A stretch of 64,000 nucleotides of DNA, from contig CAXXFF010000001.1 in the NCBI GenBank assembly GCA_963676835.2, positions 608,001 to 672,000 on the forward strand, given 5' to 3'. The notes beneath the pieces are model-generated. The model saw nothing but the letters and a program-made list of their open reading frames with translations, was not told where the DNA came from and did not search any database. Source of the DNA: Marispirochaeta sp. (GTDB lineage: Bacteria > Spirochaetota > Spirochaetia > JC444 > Marispirochaetaceae). Positions within the stretch are counted from its first letter, which is position 1. Each line of letters begins with the position of its first letter. A program made the translations under genes and the position numbers. Below, in pieces: positions 1 to 10,573 of the stretch.

Positions 1-892
1 GAAGAATATCCCGCTGAACGCCCTCACGGCTCACATCGGCACCGCCGCGGCTCTCCTTGCCTGCAACCTTGTCTATCTCATCGATAAAGATGATACCCAT
101 CTCCTCCACCCGTTCCTTGGCAATCTCCGCAACCCGGTCGGAATCGATCAGCTTGTCCAGCTCTTCAGCCATGAGAATCTCCCGGGCCCGTTTCACCGTA
201 ACCCGTTTACGTTTCTTGCCGCCGCCGAAGATATTGGGAAGATTGCCCATATTCCCCAGATTGAGATCCATTTCTTCCATATTGTTTCCGGCAAATACCT
301 CTATTGTAGGAAATCCGCCTCCGGATACCTGAACCTCAACACTCTTTTCCTCAAGCTTTCCGTCTCTCAGCATCTGCCGGAACTTCTCCCGGGTTGTGCC
401 GGCAGAGGTATCTTCACCAGTCGGGGCCGGAAGAGCCTCCCCCTGGACAGGTGCAGGCTGTGGTTTTTTAATCCCCGGAAGCAGCAGATCAAGGACCGCC
501 TCCTCTGTACGGCGTTCAGCTTCTTCCCGCACACCTTCCTGCAGTTCATCCTTGACCATGGCCATGGCAACACTCATCAGGTCCCGGACCATGGATTCGA
601 CATCCCGGCCCACATAGCCGACTTCGGTATACTTGGTGGCTTCAACCTTGATAAAGGGCGCTCCGCAAAGTTTGGACAGACGCCGGGCAATCTCGGTTTT
701 TCCTACTCCCGTGGGTCCGATCATAATTATATTTTTGGGAGCTATCTCATCCCGCAGTTCCTTGGCAAGCTTTTTCCGCCGCAGACGGTTCCTAAGCGCA
801 ATAGCAACGGCTTTCTTGGCATTATCCTGGCCGATTATATAGCTGTCCAGCTCGGCAACAATCTGCCGGGGAGTCATTTCATCAATATTCAC
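1..892 (-). CDS. hslU: ATP-dependent protease ATPase subunit HslU (partial, runs off window start)
   Basis: Manual translation from GTG at 892: [22 protein letters not shown]...[17 protein letters not shown]...[28 protein letters not shown] overlap with hslV stop. Confidence 0.95.
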   Translation of the reverse strand, partial: MNIDEMTPRQIVAELDSYIIGQDNAKKAVAIALRNRLRRKKLAKELRDEIAPKNIIMIGPTGVGKTEIARRLSKLCGAPFIKVEATKYTEVGYVGRDVESMVRDLMSVAMAMVKDELQEGVREEAERRTEEAVLDLLLPGIKKPQPAPVQGEALPAPTGEDTSAGTTREKFRQMLRDGKLEEKSVEVQVSGGGFPTIEVFAGNNMEEMDLNLGNMGNLPNIFGGGKKRKRVTVKRAREILMAEELDKLIDSDRVAEIAKERVEEMGIIFIDEIDKVAGKESRGGADVSREGVQRDIL

Positions 893-1428
893 GGGAGTTC
901 CTCACTTACAATACGGTCGTTGGTGTAGATACAGATGCCGCCGGCAATCCCCAGCGAGCGGGTTGCTATTTCCAGAGCAGAGAGCTCCGTACCGCTGTCG
1001 AGATAGGCCAGGGCAGCAGCATAGGCGTAACTGCCGCCGGAACCGATGGCTATTGCACCCTCTTCGGGTTCAATTACATCTCCGGTACCGGAAATAAGCA
1101 GAATCTTGTCACGGTCTGCCACCAGGAGCATAGCTTCCAGCCGGCGAAGCATACGGTCGGTCCGCCAGTCCTTGGCAAGCTCTACTGCAGCCCGGGTAAT
1201 ATCTCCCTTATACTCCCGCACTCTGCCTTCAAAACGTTCAAACAGGGTAAATGCATCGGCGGTTGCACCGGCAAATCCAACCAGAATCTTTCCGTCGTAA
1301 ATAGTACGAACCTTCCGGGCATTTCCCTTCATAACCGTATTACCCAGGGTTACCTGACCGTCTCCGGCCATGGCTGTTTTTCCATCCTTGCGTACCGCAA
1401 GGATCGTAGTTGCCTTCATTTCAGTCAT
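889..1428 (-). CDS. hslV: ATP-dependent protease subunit HslV
   Basis: ATTILAV...[24 protein letters not shown] motifs; start moved to ATG 1428 (ORF extends to 1488). Confidence 0.96.
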   Translation of the reverse strand: MTEMKATTILAVRKDGKTAMAGDGQVTLGNTVMKGNARKVRTIYDGKILVGFAGATADAFTLFERFEGRVREYKGDITRAAVELAKDWRTDRMLRRLEAMLLVADRDKILLISGTGDVIEPEEGAIAIGSGGSYAYAAALAYLDSGTELSALEIATRSLGIAGGICIYTNDRIVSEELP

Positions 1429-2377
1429 CTTTTCCTGCATCCTTTTTATCAGGCCCCGCCGAACTTCCATGTGGATGAGCACCGGCATGAACCTTTCTCA
1501 GGCGGTCGAGTTCAGCATGGGTATACACCTGGGTCGCCCGCAGAGAGGAATGTCCCAGAAGCTCCTGCACTGAACGAATACCGGCCCCGCCTTCCACCAG
1601 GTGGGTTGCGAAACTGTGCCGCAGCGTGTGGGGAGACACTTTTCTTGCCACCCCCGCCCCGGCTGCAGCGGCCTTGACTATATTTCGTATTGAGCGGTCA
1701 CTTAAAGCCCCGCCCTGTTTATTTACAAACAGACTCTTTTCCACATTTAGCTTACCCAGCCCCGAAAGCACAGCTTTCCGCAGGCCCATATAATCCCGCA
1801 CAGACTGCCGGGCAGGTTCGCCAAGATAGACAAAACGCTCTTTTGCCCCTTTTCCCATAACCCGGATTCTGCCTGCCCGCAGATCGATATCATCGAGGCG
1901 AATCCCCGAGGCTTCGCTTACTCTGCAGCCGGTGGAATAGAGCAGTTCGAGAATCAGCTGATTACGCCTGGAACTGAAATCAGTCCCGGACAGATCCAGC
2001 ATCGCCTCAAGCTCTTCCGTACGAAGGAAAGAGGGAATTCTCCGGCCTTCCTTGAGGTTCTCGATCTCTTCAAAGGGGTCAGCCGTTACCAGCTCTCTTT
2101 TACGCAGATAACGGAAAAAGCCCCTTACCGCCGCAAGATTGCGGTTTACACTGCGCTTGTCCAGCCCTTTTCTATTCAGACTGGAAACAAATGCCCTGGC
2201 AGCCCGCCGATCCGGCGGAAAATCCAGTTCTTCGCTTTTTATAAAATCAGTAAAAACCTTGAGATCCCGGGTGTAGGCTGCAACGGTATGCAGTGAAAGC
2301 CTGCGGACCGCCATAAGGTAATCGGTATAATCCCGGGACAGCAGCTCCAGATTATCGCCTTTTGGAACTGTTTTCAT
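1421..2377 (-). CDS. xerC: Tyrosine recombinase XerC
   Basis: [45 protein letters not shown]; lies directly upstream of hslVU. Confidence 0.85.
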   Translation of the reverse strand: MKTVPKGDNLELLSRDYTDYLMAVRRLSLHTVAAYTRDLKVFTDFIKSEELDFPPDRRAARAFVSSLNRKGLDKRSVNRNLAAVRGFFRYLRKRELVTADPFEEIENLKEGRRIPSFLRTEELEAMLDLSGTDFSSRRNQLILELLYSTGCRVSEASGIRLDDIDLRAGRIRVMGKGAKERFVYLGEPARQSVRDYMGLRKAVLSGLGKLNVEKSLFVNKQGGALSDRSIRNIVKAAAAGAGVARKVSPHTLRHSFATHLVEGGAGIRSVQELLGHSSLRATQVYTHAELDRLRKVHAGAHPHGSSAGPDKKDAGKDD

Positions 2378-3291
2378 ACTGCAGCCGCCCCATACTGAAC
2401 AGCCGGGCCATCCCAGACACAGGACCAGTCCCGAAGAAGCTCTTCTCCGCTGGAAACAGCCCGGGCTCCATCGGCAGCAAGCCTGCGGCAGCCTTCATTC
2501 GTATCCCCGCTGCAGCCTGAATACGATTGCAGACAATCCCGGTGCACCAGCACCTCCCGCCCCTGATCCAGGGCATAATCAGCAGTTATAAGGGCCCCGG
2601 ACCGGGAAGGTGCCTGGACGACAACCACCGACCGGCTCATACCGCTGATAATCCTGTTCCGCATGGGAAAACTGAACCGCGTCGCCGGGCTGAAAACCGG
2701 ATATTCACTTACAAGGGCCCCTCCGGCACGGATCAGCTCTTCCGCAGTGGAACGGCTTGAAGCAGGGCCTGCATGAGCCAGACCGGAACCGAGAACAGCG
2801 ACACCCGCCGCACCACCGGCAGTATTGCCCCGGTGAGCCTGACAGTCGATACCCCGGGCAAGTCCGGATACAACCGGTATATCAAGCCTGCCGAGACTTT
2901 CGCCAAGGCCATATGCAGCCGCCGCGCCCTGCCTGTCCGGTCTGCGGGTGCCGACCATCCCGACCATTGAAGTGGAATCAATAAGATTCCCCCGGTAATA
3001 GAGAGCGAAAGGAGGATCATATATTTCGCGCAGAAGTCCGGGGTATCCGGATTCCGGAAAAGCGACAATTCCACCATTGTGCCGCGCAAGCCAGGCGACC
3101 TCTTTCTTAACATCATCACAGAGGGTCGCCAGATCGGCGGATGAGAGGTAAGGCCTGCCAAGAAGGTCGTCCAGAAAGCCGGAAGAGGTGAAAATTTCAG
3201 AACCGTCTGCACTGCTGATTTCAAACAGCAGACAGCGTTCGGAAAAACAGAGCCCCGGCAAACGGTGAATAAAGGCGGTTTTTACCATCAA
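2374..3291 (-). CDS. dprA: DNA-processing protein DprA/Smf
   Basis: YPGLLREIYDPP, VGTR, VVSGLARGID, FPMRNRIISG, SGALITADYA motifs. Confidence 0.93.
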   Translation of the reverse strand: MMVKTAFIHRLPGLCFSERCLLFEISSADGSEIFTSSGFLDDLLGRPYLSSADLATLCDDVKKEVAWLARHNGGIVAFPESGYPGLLREIYDPPFALYYRGNLIDSTSMVGMVGTRRPDRQGAAAAYGLGESLGRLDIPVVSGLARGIDCQAHRGNTAGGAAGVAVLGSGLAHAGPASSRSTAEELIRAGGALVSEYPVFSPATRFSFPMRNRIISGMSRSVVVVQAPSRSGALITADYALDQGREVLVHRDCLQSYSGCSGDTNEGCRRLAADGARAVSSGEELLRDWSCVWDGPAVQYGAAAV

Positions 3292-3992
3292 ACACCGCTT
3301 CCTATCTGCTGTAGAATATCCCTGGCGGAATCCGCCGCAGACGACTCCGGAGCTATCTCAATAATGGATTCATAGGCCTTCCTGGCCTCATCAAGGGCCC
3401 CGAGAGAGGCATATGCCCTGCCGAGAAGAAAGCGTGCATCCGTATTCTCTTCATCCATGGATACAAGGTTTTCAAGCAGGGGGACGGCACGGTCCGGGGT
3501 TGAAAGTTCAAAAACATAGAGCACTGAAAGACCATAAAGGGCATCCCGATAGGCAGGTTTAATTGTTAGAGCCTGCCGATAAAAGTGCTCCGCATCAAGC
3601 ATGGCGGCATTCCTGTCAGCGGCAGTCTCCAGTGTTTTTGAGAGCTTTGCGATACAGATTGCCTGATAGTAGTAAAGAACATGGTTTTCGGGGTAGATAC
3701 GGATGGCTTTCTGCAGATAATCCGATGCCGGACCGAACATCCCGGCATCAAAGAAATTCACCGCCAGCATGCGGTAATAGGTGCCGAGCTTACGGGTCTC
3801 CGAGGCGAGCTGCTCAACACTATCTTCCAGCTCTTTTATATCCTTCTCAAGGGCATCGATTTCAGCCTCGGTCATGGAGGTTGTATCCCCCGACTCCAGA
3901 GCCTTCACCCGCCCGAGATATTCCGACCGCTGAGGGGAACAGGAGGAGAAAAACAGCAGCACTGCCAGAACCGTGAGAGTTGACTTCAGCAT
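3288..3992 (-). CDS. TPR-repeat lipoprotein
   Basis: Lipobox-like FSSC after a hydrophobic stretch; coiled coil then TPR-type repeats; GGAGG RBS before ATG 3992. Confidence 0.8.
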   Translation of the reverse strand: MLKSTLTVLAVLLFFSSCSPQRSEYLGRVKALESGDTTSMTEAEIDALEKDIKELEDSVEQLASETRKLGTYYRMLAVNFFDAGMFGPASDYLQKAIRIYPENHVLYYYQAICIAKLSKTLETAADRNAAMLDAEHFYRQALTIKPAYRDALYGLSVLYVFELSTPDRAVPLLENLVSMDEENTDARFLLGRAYASLGALDEARKAYESIIEIAPESSAADSARDILQQIGSGV

Positions 3993-4097
3993 GGTTAATC
4001 CTCCTTTTCTCCGACAAAATAAGGTCCATGGACCAGACAAGGCTCGTATACTGTATAAAACCCCGCTCATGCTCTTCTGCTTCATGACAGGAAGACC

Positions 4098-4988
4098 TTA
4101 TCCCCTGGGATGGCAGCGCGCATGGGTATTCTTCAGCCCTTCATCGGCAATATGGGTGTAAATCTGGGTAGTTGTTATGTCCCGATGGCCGAGAAGTTCC
4201 TGCACAGAGCGGAGATCCGCTCCTCCCTGCAGAAGATGTGTTGCAAATGAATGCCGCAGGGTGTGGATCTTACCCTTTATGCCGGCAGCAGCTGCAATTT
4301 CCGTAAACCTTTTCCACATACCCTTACGGCTTAAAGGACCGCCGCGGTGATTGAGAAACACCTCATTTCTTGGCCGGCCCGGATTCAGCAGAACCTGCCT
4401 TGCATGCTGGATATAGGCTAATAGCCAGTCTCTGGCCACTTCGCCCATGGGGACAAACCTCTCGGCATCCCCTTTGCCGATTATTCTTAAAACAAGATCA
4501 TCCGGGTAAAACCGTTCAAGGGTAAGTCCACAGGCCTCAGATACCCGGAGCCCGCAGGAATAAATAAGCTCAAAAAGGGCGCGATCCCGCAATCCCAGGG
4601 GTGCGGATGTATCAATAGCGGAGAGGAAGGTCTCCACATCTTCCACATCCATTACCTGGGGAATTTTTCGGGCTGTTTTGGGACGGTCCAGAAGCAGAGC
4701 CGGATTATCGACACGAAGATCTTCAAGAACCAGATAGCGGAAAAACGACCGCAGAGCGCTTATACCCCGGGCAGCGGTCCGGGGATCAGGGAGGAGACCC
4801 CCGGGCGTTCGCTGACCGAGAAGCCAGTATGAAATATCCGCATCATCCATAACAAGCGGATCAACCCCGGACTCTTCAAGATCAGACAGAAACCTGCGCA
4901 CAACACCGCTGTAGGTTTCCACCGTCGCAGGGCTGTACCTTCGTTCAAGAGATAGATAATCCCGGTAATCCGCCAGAAGGTCAGGCAT
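4098..4988 (-). CDS. xerD: Tyrosine recombinase XerD
   Basis: [53 protein letters not shown], terminal HPRG; start overlaps ftsZ stop. Confidence 0.85.
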   Translation of the reverse strand: MPDLLADYRDYLSLERRYSPATVETYSGVVRRFLSDLEESGVDPLVMDDADISYWLLGQRTPGGLLPDPRTAARGISALRSFFRYLVLEDLRVDNPALLLDRPKTARKIPQVMDVEDVETFLSAIDTSAPLGLRDRALFELIYSCGLRVSEACGLTLERFYPDDLVLRIIGKGDAERFVPMGEVARDWLLAYIQHARQVLLNPGRPRNEVFLNHRGGPLSRKGMWKRFTEIAAAAGIKGKIHTLRHSFATHLLQGGADLRSVQELLGHRDITTTQIYTHIADEGLKNTHARCHPRG

Positions 4989-6154
4989 TATTCTCCCTGA
5001 CCGGCTATTTTACGATCCCGCAGTATGGTTGGTATTCCCAGATCATTATCCTGGTTGTTACGCCCGGAAAGGAAGAGACTGGGGGTTCCGCCCTGAGAAA
5101 GGCCCTTACCCCGCATATCGATCCAGTCTTTGTACTTGATGATATCGTCTTCCTGCTCTTCAGCCTGAGGCTCTACACCGGCAGATGAGGCTTCAGAATT
5201 AAAGCCCGTGGCAACAACGGTTACCCGGATTTCATCTTCAAGAGAAGGATCAAATACACTGCCGGGAATAACCAGGGCGTCATCATCCGCATTGGCGGTA
5301 ATAATCTGAACAACCTCTTCGTATTCGGTTAGAGAAAGATCTTCTCCTCCGGTGATATTAACCAGAATACCCTTGGCACCCTCAATTCGGGCATCTTCGA
5401 GAAGTGGATTATTGATTGCATTTGTGGCAGCATCTACCGCCCGGTTTTCACCACGGCCGACACCGATACCCATAAGAGCATCTCCCCTGCCTTTCATGAC
5501 GGTTTTAACGTCGGCAAAGTCGATATTTATCTCCCCGGGAATAGTAATTAGCTCGGATATCCCCTGAACACCCTGACGGAGCACGTCATCGGCCAGGAGA
5601 AAAGCCTCTTTAATGGGGGTACGTTTTTCAACAATTTTCAGCAGATACTGGTTAGGTATGATTATAAGGGTGTCCACAGCCTCACGGAGTTTTTCAATCC
5701 CCTCTTCGGCCAGGGCCTTCTTCTTTCTTCCTTCAAAATCGAAGGGCTTGGTTACCACCGCAACGGAAAGTATGCCCAACTCACGGGCGATTCTGGCCAC
5801 AACGGGTGCAGCTCCGGTTCCGGTCCCGCCGCCCATACCGGCGGTAATAAAAACCATGTCGGCTCCGGAAAGAGCTTCCTTGATCTTGTCCGCATCTTCA
5901 AGCGCAGCTTTTTCCCCAACCTCGGGTACGCCTCCGGCGCCCAGTCCGGATGTGAGTTCAGTTCCAAGTGAAATCTTTATTTCTGCTTCCGACCGCTGCA
6001 GGGCCTGCAGATCAGAATTGGCAGCAATAAACTGCACCTTCTGCAGACTGGATGCGATCATCCGATTGACGGCGTTACTTCCGCCTCCGCCTACACCGAT
6101 AACCTTGATCATTGTCGGATCGGCGCTGTGTTCCTCAATAACTTCAATATGCAT
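4988..6154 (-). CDS. ftsZ: Cell division protein FtsZ
   Basis: [35 protein letters not shown]-terminal GIPTILR. Confidence 0.99.
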   Translation of the reverse strand: MHIEVIEEHSADPTMIKVIGVGGGGSNAVNRMIASSLQKVQFIAANSDLQALQRSEAEIKISLGTELTSGLGAGGVPEVGEKAALEDADKIKEALSGADMVFITAGMGGGTGTGAAPVVARIARELGILSVAVVTKPFDFEGRKKKALAEEGIEKLREAVDTLIIIPNQYLLKIVEKRTPIKEAFLLADDVLRQGVQGISELITIPGEINIDFADVKTVMKGRGDALMGIGVGRGENRAVDAATNAINNPLLEDARIEGAKGILVNITGGEDLSLTEYEEVVQIITANADDDALVIPGSVFDPSLEDEIRVTVVATGFNSEASSAGVEPQAEEQEDDIIKYKDWIDMRGKGLSQGGTPSLFLSGRNNQDNDLGIPTILRDRKIAGQGE

Positions 6155-6285
6155 AACCCCTCCCTGTTAAGCATGCTTTTTCTATGAACTCCCGTTAAAC
6201 AGAGATGAACAGTGGACCCTACCAAAAATCCGCAGTTCTACCGCTTAAAGGAACTTTTTCCCATTACAGGTTTCAACAGAATACG

Positions 6286-7515
6286 CTAAAAAAATTCTTT
6301 CATCCACCCCTTTAATTTATCAATGAGGCCGTCTCCGCGCTTTCTTGCGGAAGAATTTTCCTGGCCAACGGCGCCTTCACTCCCATGAAGGACCAGACCC
6401 ATGGCAGTAGAATACATCGGGTTCTGATATTCATCAACAAGTCCGCGTAATTTATTTGGTATTCCTATCCTCGCCGGGATACCGAATACCTCCAGGGCCA
6501 GCTCCGCAGCTCCGGGAAGAAGAGAACCACCGCCGGTAAGAACTACACCGCCTCCCAGATGGCGAAGGTAATCCTTTTTATCAAGCTGATCTTTAACCAG
6601 CTTGAAAATCTCAGCCATCCGCGGCTGAATAATCTTTGCAAGCTCCTGTCTGGGAATAGAGGCTGAAGGCCAGCCGCCCACACCGGGGATAACCACCTGC
6701 TCATCAGCTTCAACCAGCGACATGTAGCAGCAGCCGGACTCTTTCTTTATCCGCTCCGCCACATCAAGAGGGGTTTTAAGTATTATGGAAATATCATTGG
6801 TAACCTGGCTTCCGCCAAGGGCCACAACATCAGTATGATAGGGGGCTCCGTCCAGATGTACCAGAACATCAGTTGTTCCGCCGCCGAGATCGATAAGCAG
6901 AACACCCAGTTCCTTTTCATCTTCTGTAAGCACCGCCTTGGAAGACGCGAGGGATTCAAGAACAATTTCGGACACCCTGAATCCAGCCCTGTTTACACAC
7001 TTAAGCAGGTTCTGCGCCGATGTCACCGAACCGGTAACTATATGCACTTCCGCCTCAAGACGAATGCCGATCATATCCAGAGGATCCCTGATTCCACGCT
7101 GATCATCAACAATGAATTCCTGGGGGATCACATGCAGCACTTCACGGTCCATGGGAATTACCACCGCTTTGGCAGCTTCAATAACCCTGGCAACATCCTC
7201 CCGGGAAATCTCCCGATCCTTGCCGGATACAGCTACAACGCCACGGCTGTTGATACCCTCAATATGCGCACCGGCAATACCGGTTATAACCGATTCAACC
7301 TCCCGGCCGGACATCAGCTCTGCAGCCTCGATGGCAGCCGCAACAGACTTAAGGGTGGATTCTATATTAATCACAACCCCACGGCGCAGTCCCTGAGAAG
7401 GAGCTGTGCCCACACCGATTACTTCAGGTATACCGTTAACCCCGATTTCCGCTATGCAGGCACAAATTTTTGTTGTTCCAATATCCAGTCCAACGATCAA
7501 ATCATCGTTCGGCAC
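6286..7515 (-). CDS. ftsA: Cell division protein FtsA
   Basis: VGLDIGTTKI, LIDLGGGTTD, VVLTGGGS, amphipathic tail KLKGWMKEFF; start placed at GTG 7515. Confidence 0.97.
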   Translation of the reverse strand: MPNDDLIVGLDIGTTKICACIAEIGVNGIPEVIGVGTAPSQGLRRGVVINIESTLKSVAAAIEAAELMSGREVESVITGIAGAHIEGINSRGVVAVSGKDREISREDVARVIEAAKAVVIPMDREVLHVIPQEFIVDDQRGIRDPLDMIGIRLEAEVHIVTGSVTSAQNLLKCVNRAGFRVSEIVLESLASSKAVLTEDEKELGVLLIDLGGGTTDVLVHLDGAPYHTDVVALGGSQVTNDISIILKTPLDVAERIKKESGCCYMSLVEADEQVVIPGVGGWPSASIPRQELAKIIQPRMAEIFKLVKDQLDKKDYLRHLGGGVVLTGGGSLLPGAAELALEVFGIPARIGIPNKLRGLVDEYQNPMYSTAMGLVLHGSEGAVGQENSSARKRGDGLIDKLKGWMKEFF

Positions 7516-8377
7516 CGTCAATCCCCCTCGCCCGGTAAACAACTTCTCCGGTACGGAAATCAAGTTCCTCCAGAGATCCAAGTAATCCCTGACGCTTTAC
7601 AACGTCTATTACCAGAAGGATACTGCGCATCATCTCTTTCGTAAGCTCAGGGCCGGTTCTGACCCTTAAATGCTCATGTCCGGGAAAAAGCACAACTTCG
7701 TAACCGGCTGTACTCTTTTTAACGAATTTTATCTCACTGATCAAGTTATACAGCCGGGGGGCCTCTTCCCGTAGAGCAGAAAGCTGCACAAGATACCCGG
7801 TAAGCTCTTCCGGAAACCTCATCCCCGGACGTACATCAAGCACCCGCACTCCGGAAAGTACAGGCATGGAAGCATTTCCTTCGGCGGAAGCAGCGGGAAG
7901 AATATAGCCCTGATTATCCACGTAAAAAAGTCTGCTTTTACCGTCTACTTCAGCAAACACCGAAGCCAGAGGTCTGCGGCTGGCAACAGTGATACTAACC
8001 TTGTCGGGAAAATGTTTTTCCACAACTGCAGTCCTGATAACCGGATGAGCCATAAGCCGGTCTGCAACTGCCGCTTCACTGACATTAAGATACGAAAGAG
8101 GACCTTCCATGCCGGCTATTTTGAGAATTTCCGTGTCCGTCAGGGAACAATAGCCTTCAGCGCTGACTTCAACCTTCCTGACAACCAGTCGGGGAGATAT
8201 AACAAGGTGAAAGACAAGCTCTCCAGCCAGGGTGAGCGAAAGGAGCACTATCAATACGGATAGAATCTTATTCAGGTTCAGCCTTTTTACCTGTGAGGAA
8301 CTCTTTTCCATAACCCTCTTCCTGGCAGGTTCCTGATTTTCAGCATAGTACCTTTCGTACACAGCAAAACTACTCAT
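7502..8377 (-). CDS. ftsQ: Cell division protein FtsQ/DivIB
   Basis: Single TM helix followed by POTRA-like segment (HPVIRTAVVEKHFPDKVSI), LDFR near C-terminus; between ftsW and ftsA. Confidence 0.85.
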   Translation of the reverse strand: MSSFAVYERYYAENQEPARKRVMEKSSSQVKRLNLNKILSVLIVLLSLTLAGELVFHLVISPRLVVRKVEVSAEGYCSLTDTEILKIAGMEGPLSYLNVSEAAVADRLMAHPVIRTAVVEKHFPDKVSITVASRRPLASVFAEVDGKSRLFYVDNQGYILPAASAEGNASMPVLSGVRVLDVRPGMRFPEELTGYLVQLSALREEAPRLYNLISEIKFVKKSTAGYEVVLFPGHEHLRVRTGPELTKEMMRSILLVIDVVKRQGLLGSLEELDFRTGEVVYRARGIDGAER

Positions 8378-9494
8378 TACTTACACCTCTTGAAATATTC
8401 ATTATTAAGCCGCACATAAGGAGGGTAACAATCAGTGAAGTTCCTCCGGACGAAAAGAAGGGAAGCGGAATACCTGTTGCAGGCACAAGCCCAGCAACTA
8501 CGGCGATATTAAACATGGCCTGAAAAAAGATCGCAGTAACACAGCCGAAACCGAGAAGAAAAGAGAAAGAATCCTTACTGCGCAGAGCAATTCCATAGCC
8601 CCGAACGGCAAAAAGAACAAACACCGCGGTTATGGCAATTACACCGAGAAGCCCGGTCTCTTCTCCGAGAACTGCAAACACAAAGTCGGAATGTGCTTCA
8701 GGAAGCCCTCCGATTTTTTCCGTTCCCCGGCCGAGGCCTACACCGAAAAGACCACCCTTCACCAGGGCATCCCTGGCTGCAAGCACCTGGTAGCCCGTAC
8801 CGGAAGGGTCCAGTTCCGGCCGCAGAAATGCAATAATCCGCTGAACGCGATGTTCTTTGGTAAAAACCAGAACAAAGGCCAGGGGAACCACCGTGGTAGC
8901 CAGAAAAATAAAATAGCTCAACCGGATACCGGAAACAAAGAACATGGCCACACTGACAGAAAGAAGAAAAAATGCAGTGGAAAAATCATTCTGGCCGTAA
9001 ATAGTCATGGTAAAGAGAGAAATAATAATAAGCGGAGGAACCACCGTATTAACCAGATCATCGAGGCGCTCGTTTTTCTTGCTGAAGATATAGGCCAGGT
9101 AGATTATTACCGCAAGCTTGGCAAACTCCGAGGGCTGAAAAGAGTATCCGAAGAGGAGGATCCATCTTCTGGCACCCATGATAGTCCCGCCGATACCCGG
9201 CACAAAAGGAAGCAGAAGCAGTATAAAGCTGCCGAGAAGCAGTACCGGCACCAGGCGGCGCAGATATTCAAAGGAGATCCTGCTCATCAGCACCGCACCG
9301 GCACTTCCTGCAGCAAGATACACCGCATGACGAATAACAAAATGATAGGAATTGCCGAATTGCCGTTCCCCGTAGTAGAACGACGCAGAAAACAGAAATG
9401 CCAGCCCCAGCCCGGCAAGCAGGACTGTAATACCGGCAAAGAGAAAATCCGCAGGGCGGCTGTCAATTTTTTCTACAACAAAGCTTCCGTTCAT
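8370..9494 (-). CDS. ftsW: SEDS protein FtsW
   Basis: GARRWI, FQPSEFAK, LPEAHSDFVF, GIPLPFFSSGG; TAATG overlap with mraY. Confidence 0.96.
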   Translation of the reverse strand: MNGSFVVEKIDSRPADFLFAGITVLLAGLGLAFLFSASFYYGERQFGNSYHFVIRHAVYLAAGSAGAVLMSRISFEYLRRLVPVLLLGSFILLLLPFVPGIGGTIMGARRWILLFGYSFQPSEFAKLAVIIYLAYIFSKKNERLDDLVNTVVPPLIIISLFTMTIYGQNDFSTAFFLLSVSVAMFFVSGIRLSYFIFLATTVVPLAFVLVFTKEHRVQRIIAFLRPELDPSGTGYQVLAARDALVKGGLFGVGLGRGTEKIGGLPEAHSDFVFAVLGEETGLLGVIAITAVFVLFAVRGYGIALRSKDSFSFLLGFGCVTAIFFQAMFNIAVVAGLVPATGIPLPFFSSGGTSLIVTLLMCGLIMNISRGVSNE

Positions 9495-10573
9495 TATTGC
9501 AACTTCAGGGTCGAGAGACTCAAGATGGTAAAAAGGGCTCCGAGAATCCAGAACCGTATTACAACCTTGCTTTCGTCCCATCCTTTGAGCTCAAAGTGAT
9601 GATGAAGGGGCGCCATCTTAAACACCCGCTTTTTTCTCAGCTTGTAAGAAACCACCTGAATAATTACCGACATGGCTTCAAGAACAAAAACCCCGCCGAC
9701 AATAATAAGGAGCACCTCTTTCTTGATAATAAGAGCCAGCACGCCCAGAACTCCGCCAAGGGCAAGACTGCCTGTATCACCCATAAAGACTTCTGCAGGA
9801 TGTGCGTTATACCAGAGAAATCCCACACTGGCTCCCACAAGAGCCAGACAGGGAATAGTAAGCTCCCCGCCTTCCCTGATGTAGGGAATAAGCAGATACT
9901 CAGCATAATCCGCCCGCCCGGTAAGATAGGTAAGAATAGTAAAGGCAATCCCTACAAGAATAACCAGGCCAATGGCAAGTCCATCCAGACCGTCCGTAAG
10001 ATTGACTGCATTTGAGGTAAAAACCAGCAGCATCACCGCAAAGGGAATATAGAGAACTCCAAGATCTACAACAGGATGCTTGAAAAAGGGCAGATACAGC
10101 AGCGTGGTGTATTCCGTTCGGTTAAGGTAGAGAAAAACCACCACAACCGATGCAATCAGTATCTGCAGAGTAAACTTGCCTTTCACACTTAAGCCTTCAG
10201 AACTTCTGCGCTTTATTTTCAGGATATCATCCATAAAGCCGATAAACGCAAAACCCAAAAGAGCTCCCATGGTAATCCAGACGTAAAGGTTATGCAGATC
10301 CTGCCAGAGAAATACCGCAAGAGCCATGGAGATAATTACAAGAAGACCACCCATGGTAGGTGTTCCGGATTTGACCATATGGCTCTCGGGGCCGTCATCC
10401 CGTATTGACTGCCCGAATTTCAGACGACGCAGAAACTGAATCATCCTGGGTCCGAGAATAAACGAGATAAACAGGGCGGTTACCGCAGCATAAGCCCCGC
10501 GGAAGGTTATGTACTGAAAAATATTAAACGCTGATATGTACGAAACCAGCGGCAACAGCAGTTCCTTAAGCAT
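9494..10573 (-). CDS. mraY: Phospho-N-acetylmuramoyl-pentapeptide transferase
   Basis: KSGTPTMGG, NAVNLTDGLDGL, FMGDTGSL, MAPLHHHFE. Confidence 0.98.
   Translation of the reverse strand: MLKELLLPLVSYISAFNIFQYITFRGAYAAVTALFISFILGPRMIQFLRRLKFGQSIRDDGPESHMVKSGTPTMGGLLVIISMALAVFLWQDLHNLYVWITMGALLGFAFIGFMDDILKIKRRSSEGLSVKGKFTLQILIASVVVVFLYLNRTEYTTLLYLPFFKHPVVDLGVLYIPFAVMLLVFTSNAVNLTDGLDGLAIGLVILVGIAFTILTYLTGRADYAEYLLIPYIREGGELTIPCLALVGASVGFLWYNAHPAEVFMGDTGSLALGGVLGVLALIIKKEVLLIIVGGVFVLEAMSVIIQVVSYKLRKKRVFKMAPLHHHFELKGWDESKVVIRFWILGALFTILSLSTLKLQ

Noticed and set aside
1421..4988. Two tyrosine recombinases as evidence of a prophage or integron
   Set aside because: Both have XerC/XerD signatures, overlap housekeeping genes, and no phage genes or cassette arrays are nearby.
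6835..10015. Long antisense ORFs opposite ftsA, ftsW and mraY (and similar ones elsewhere)
   Set aside because: Shadow frames of well-supported genes with no motifs of their own.
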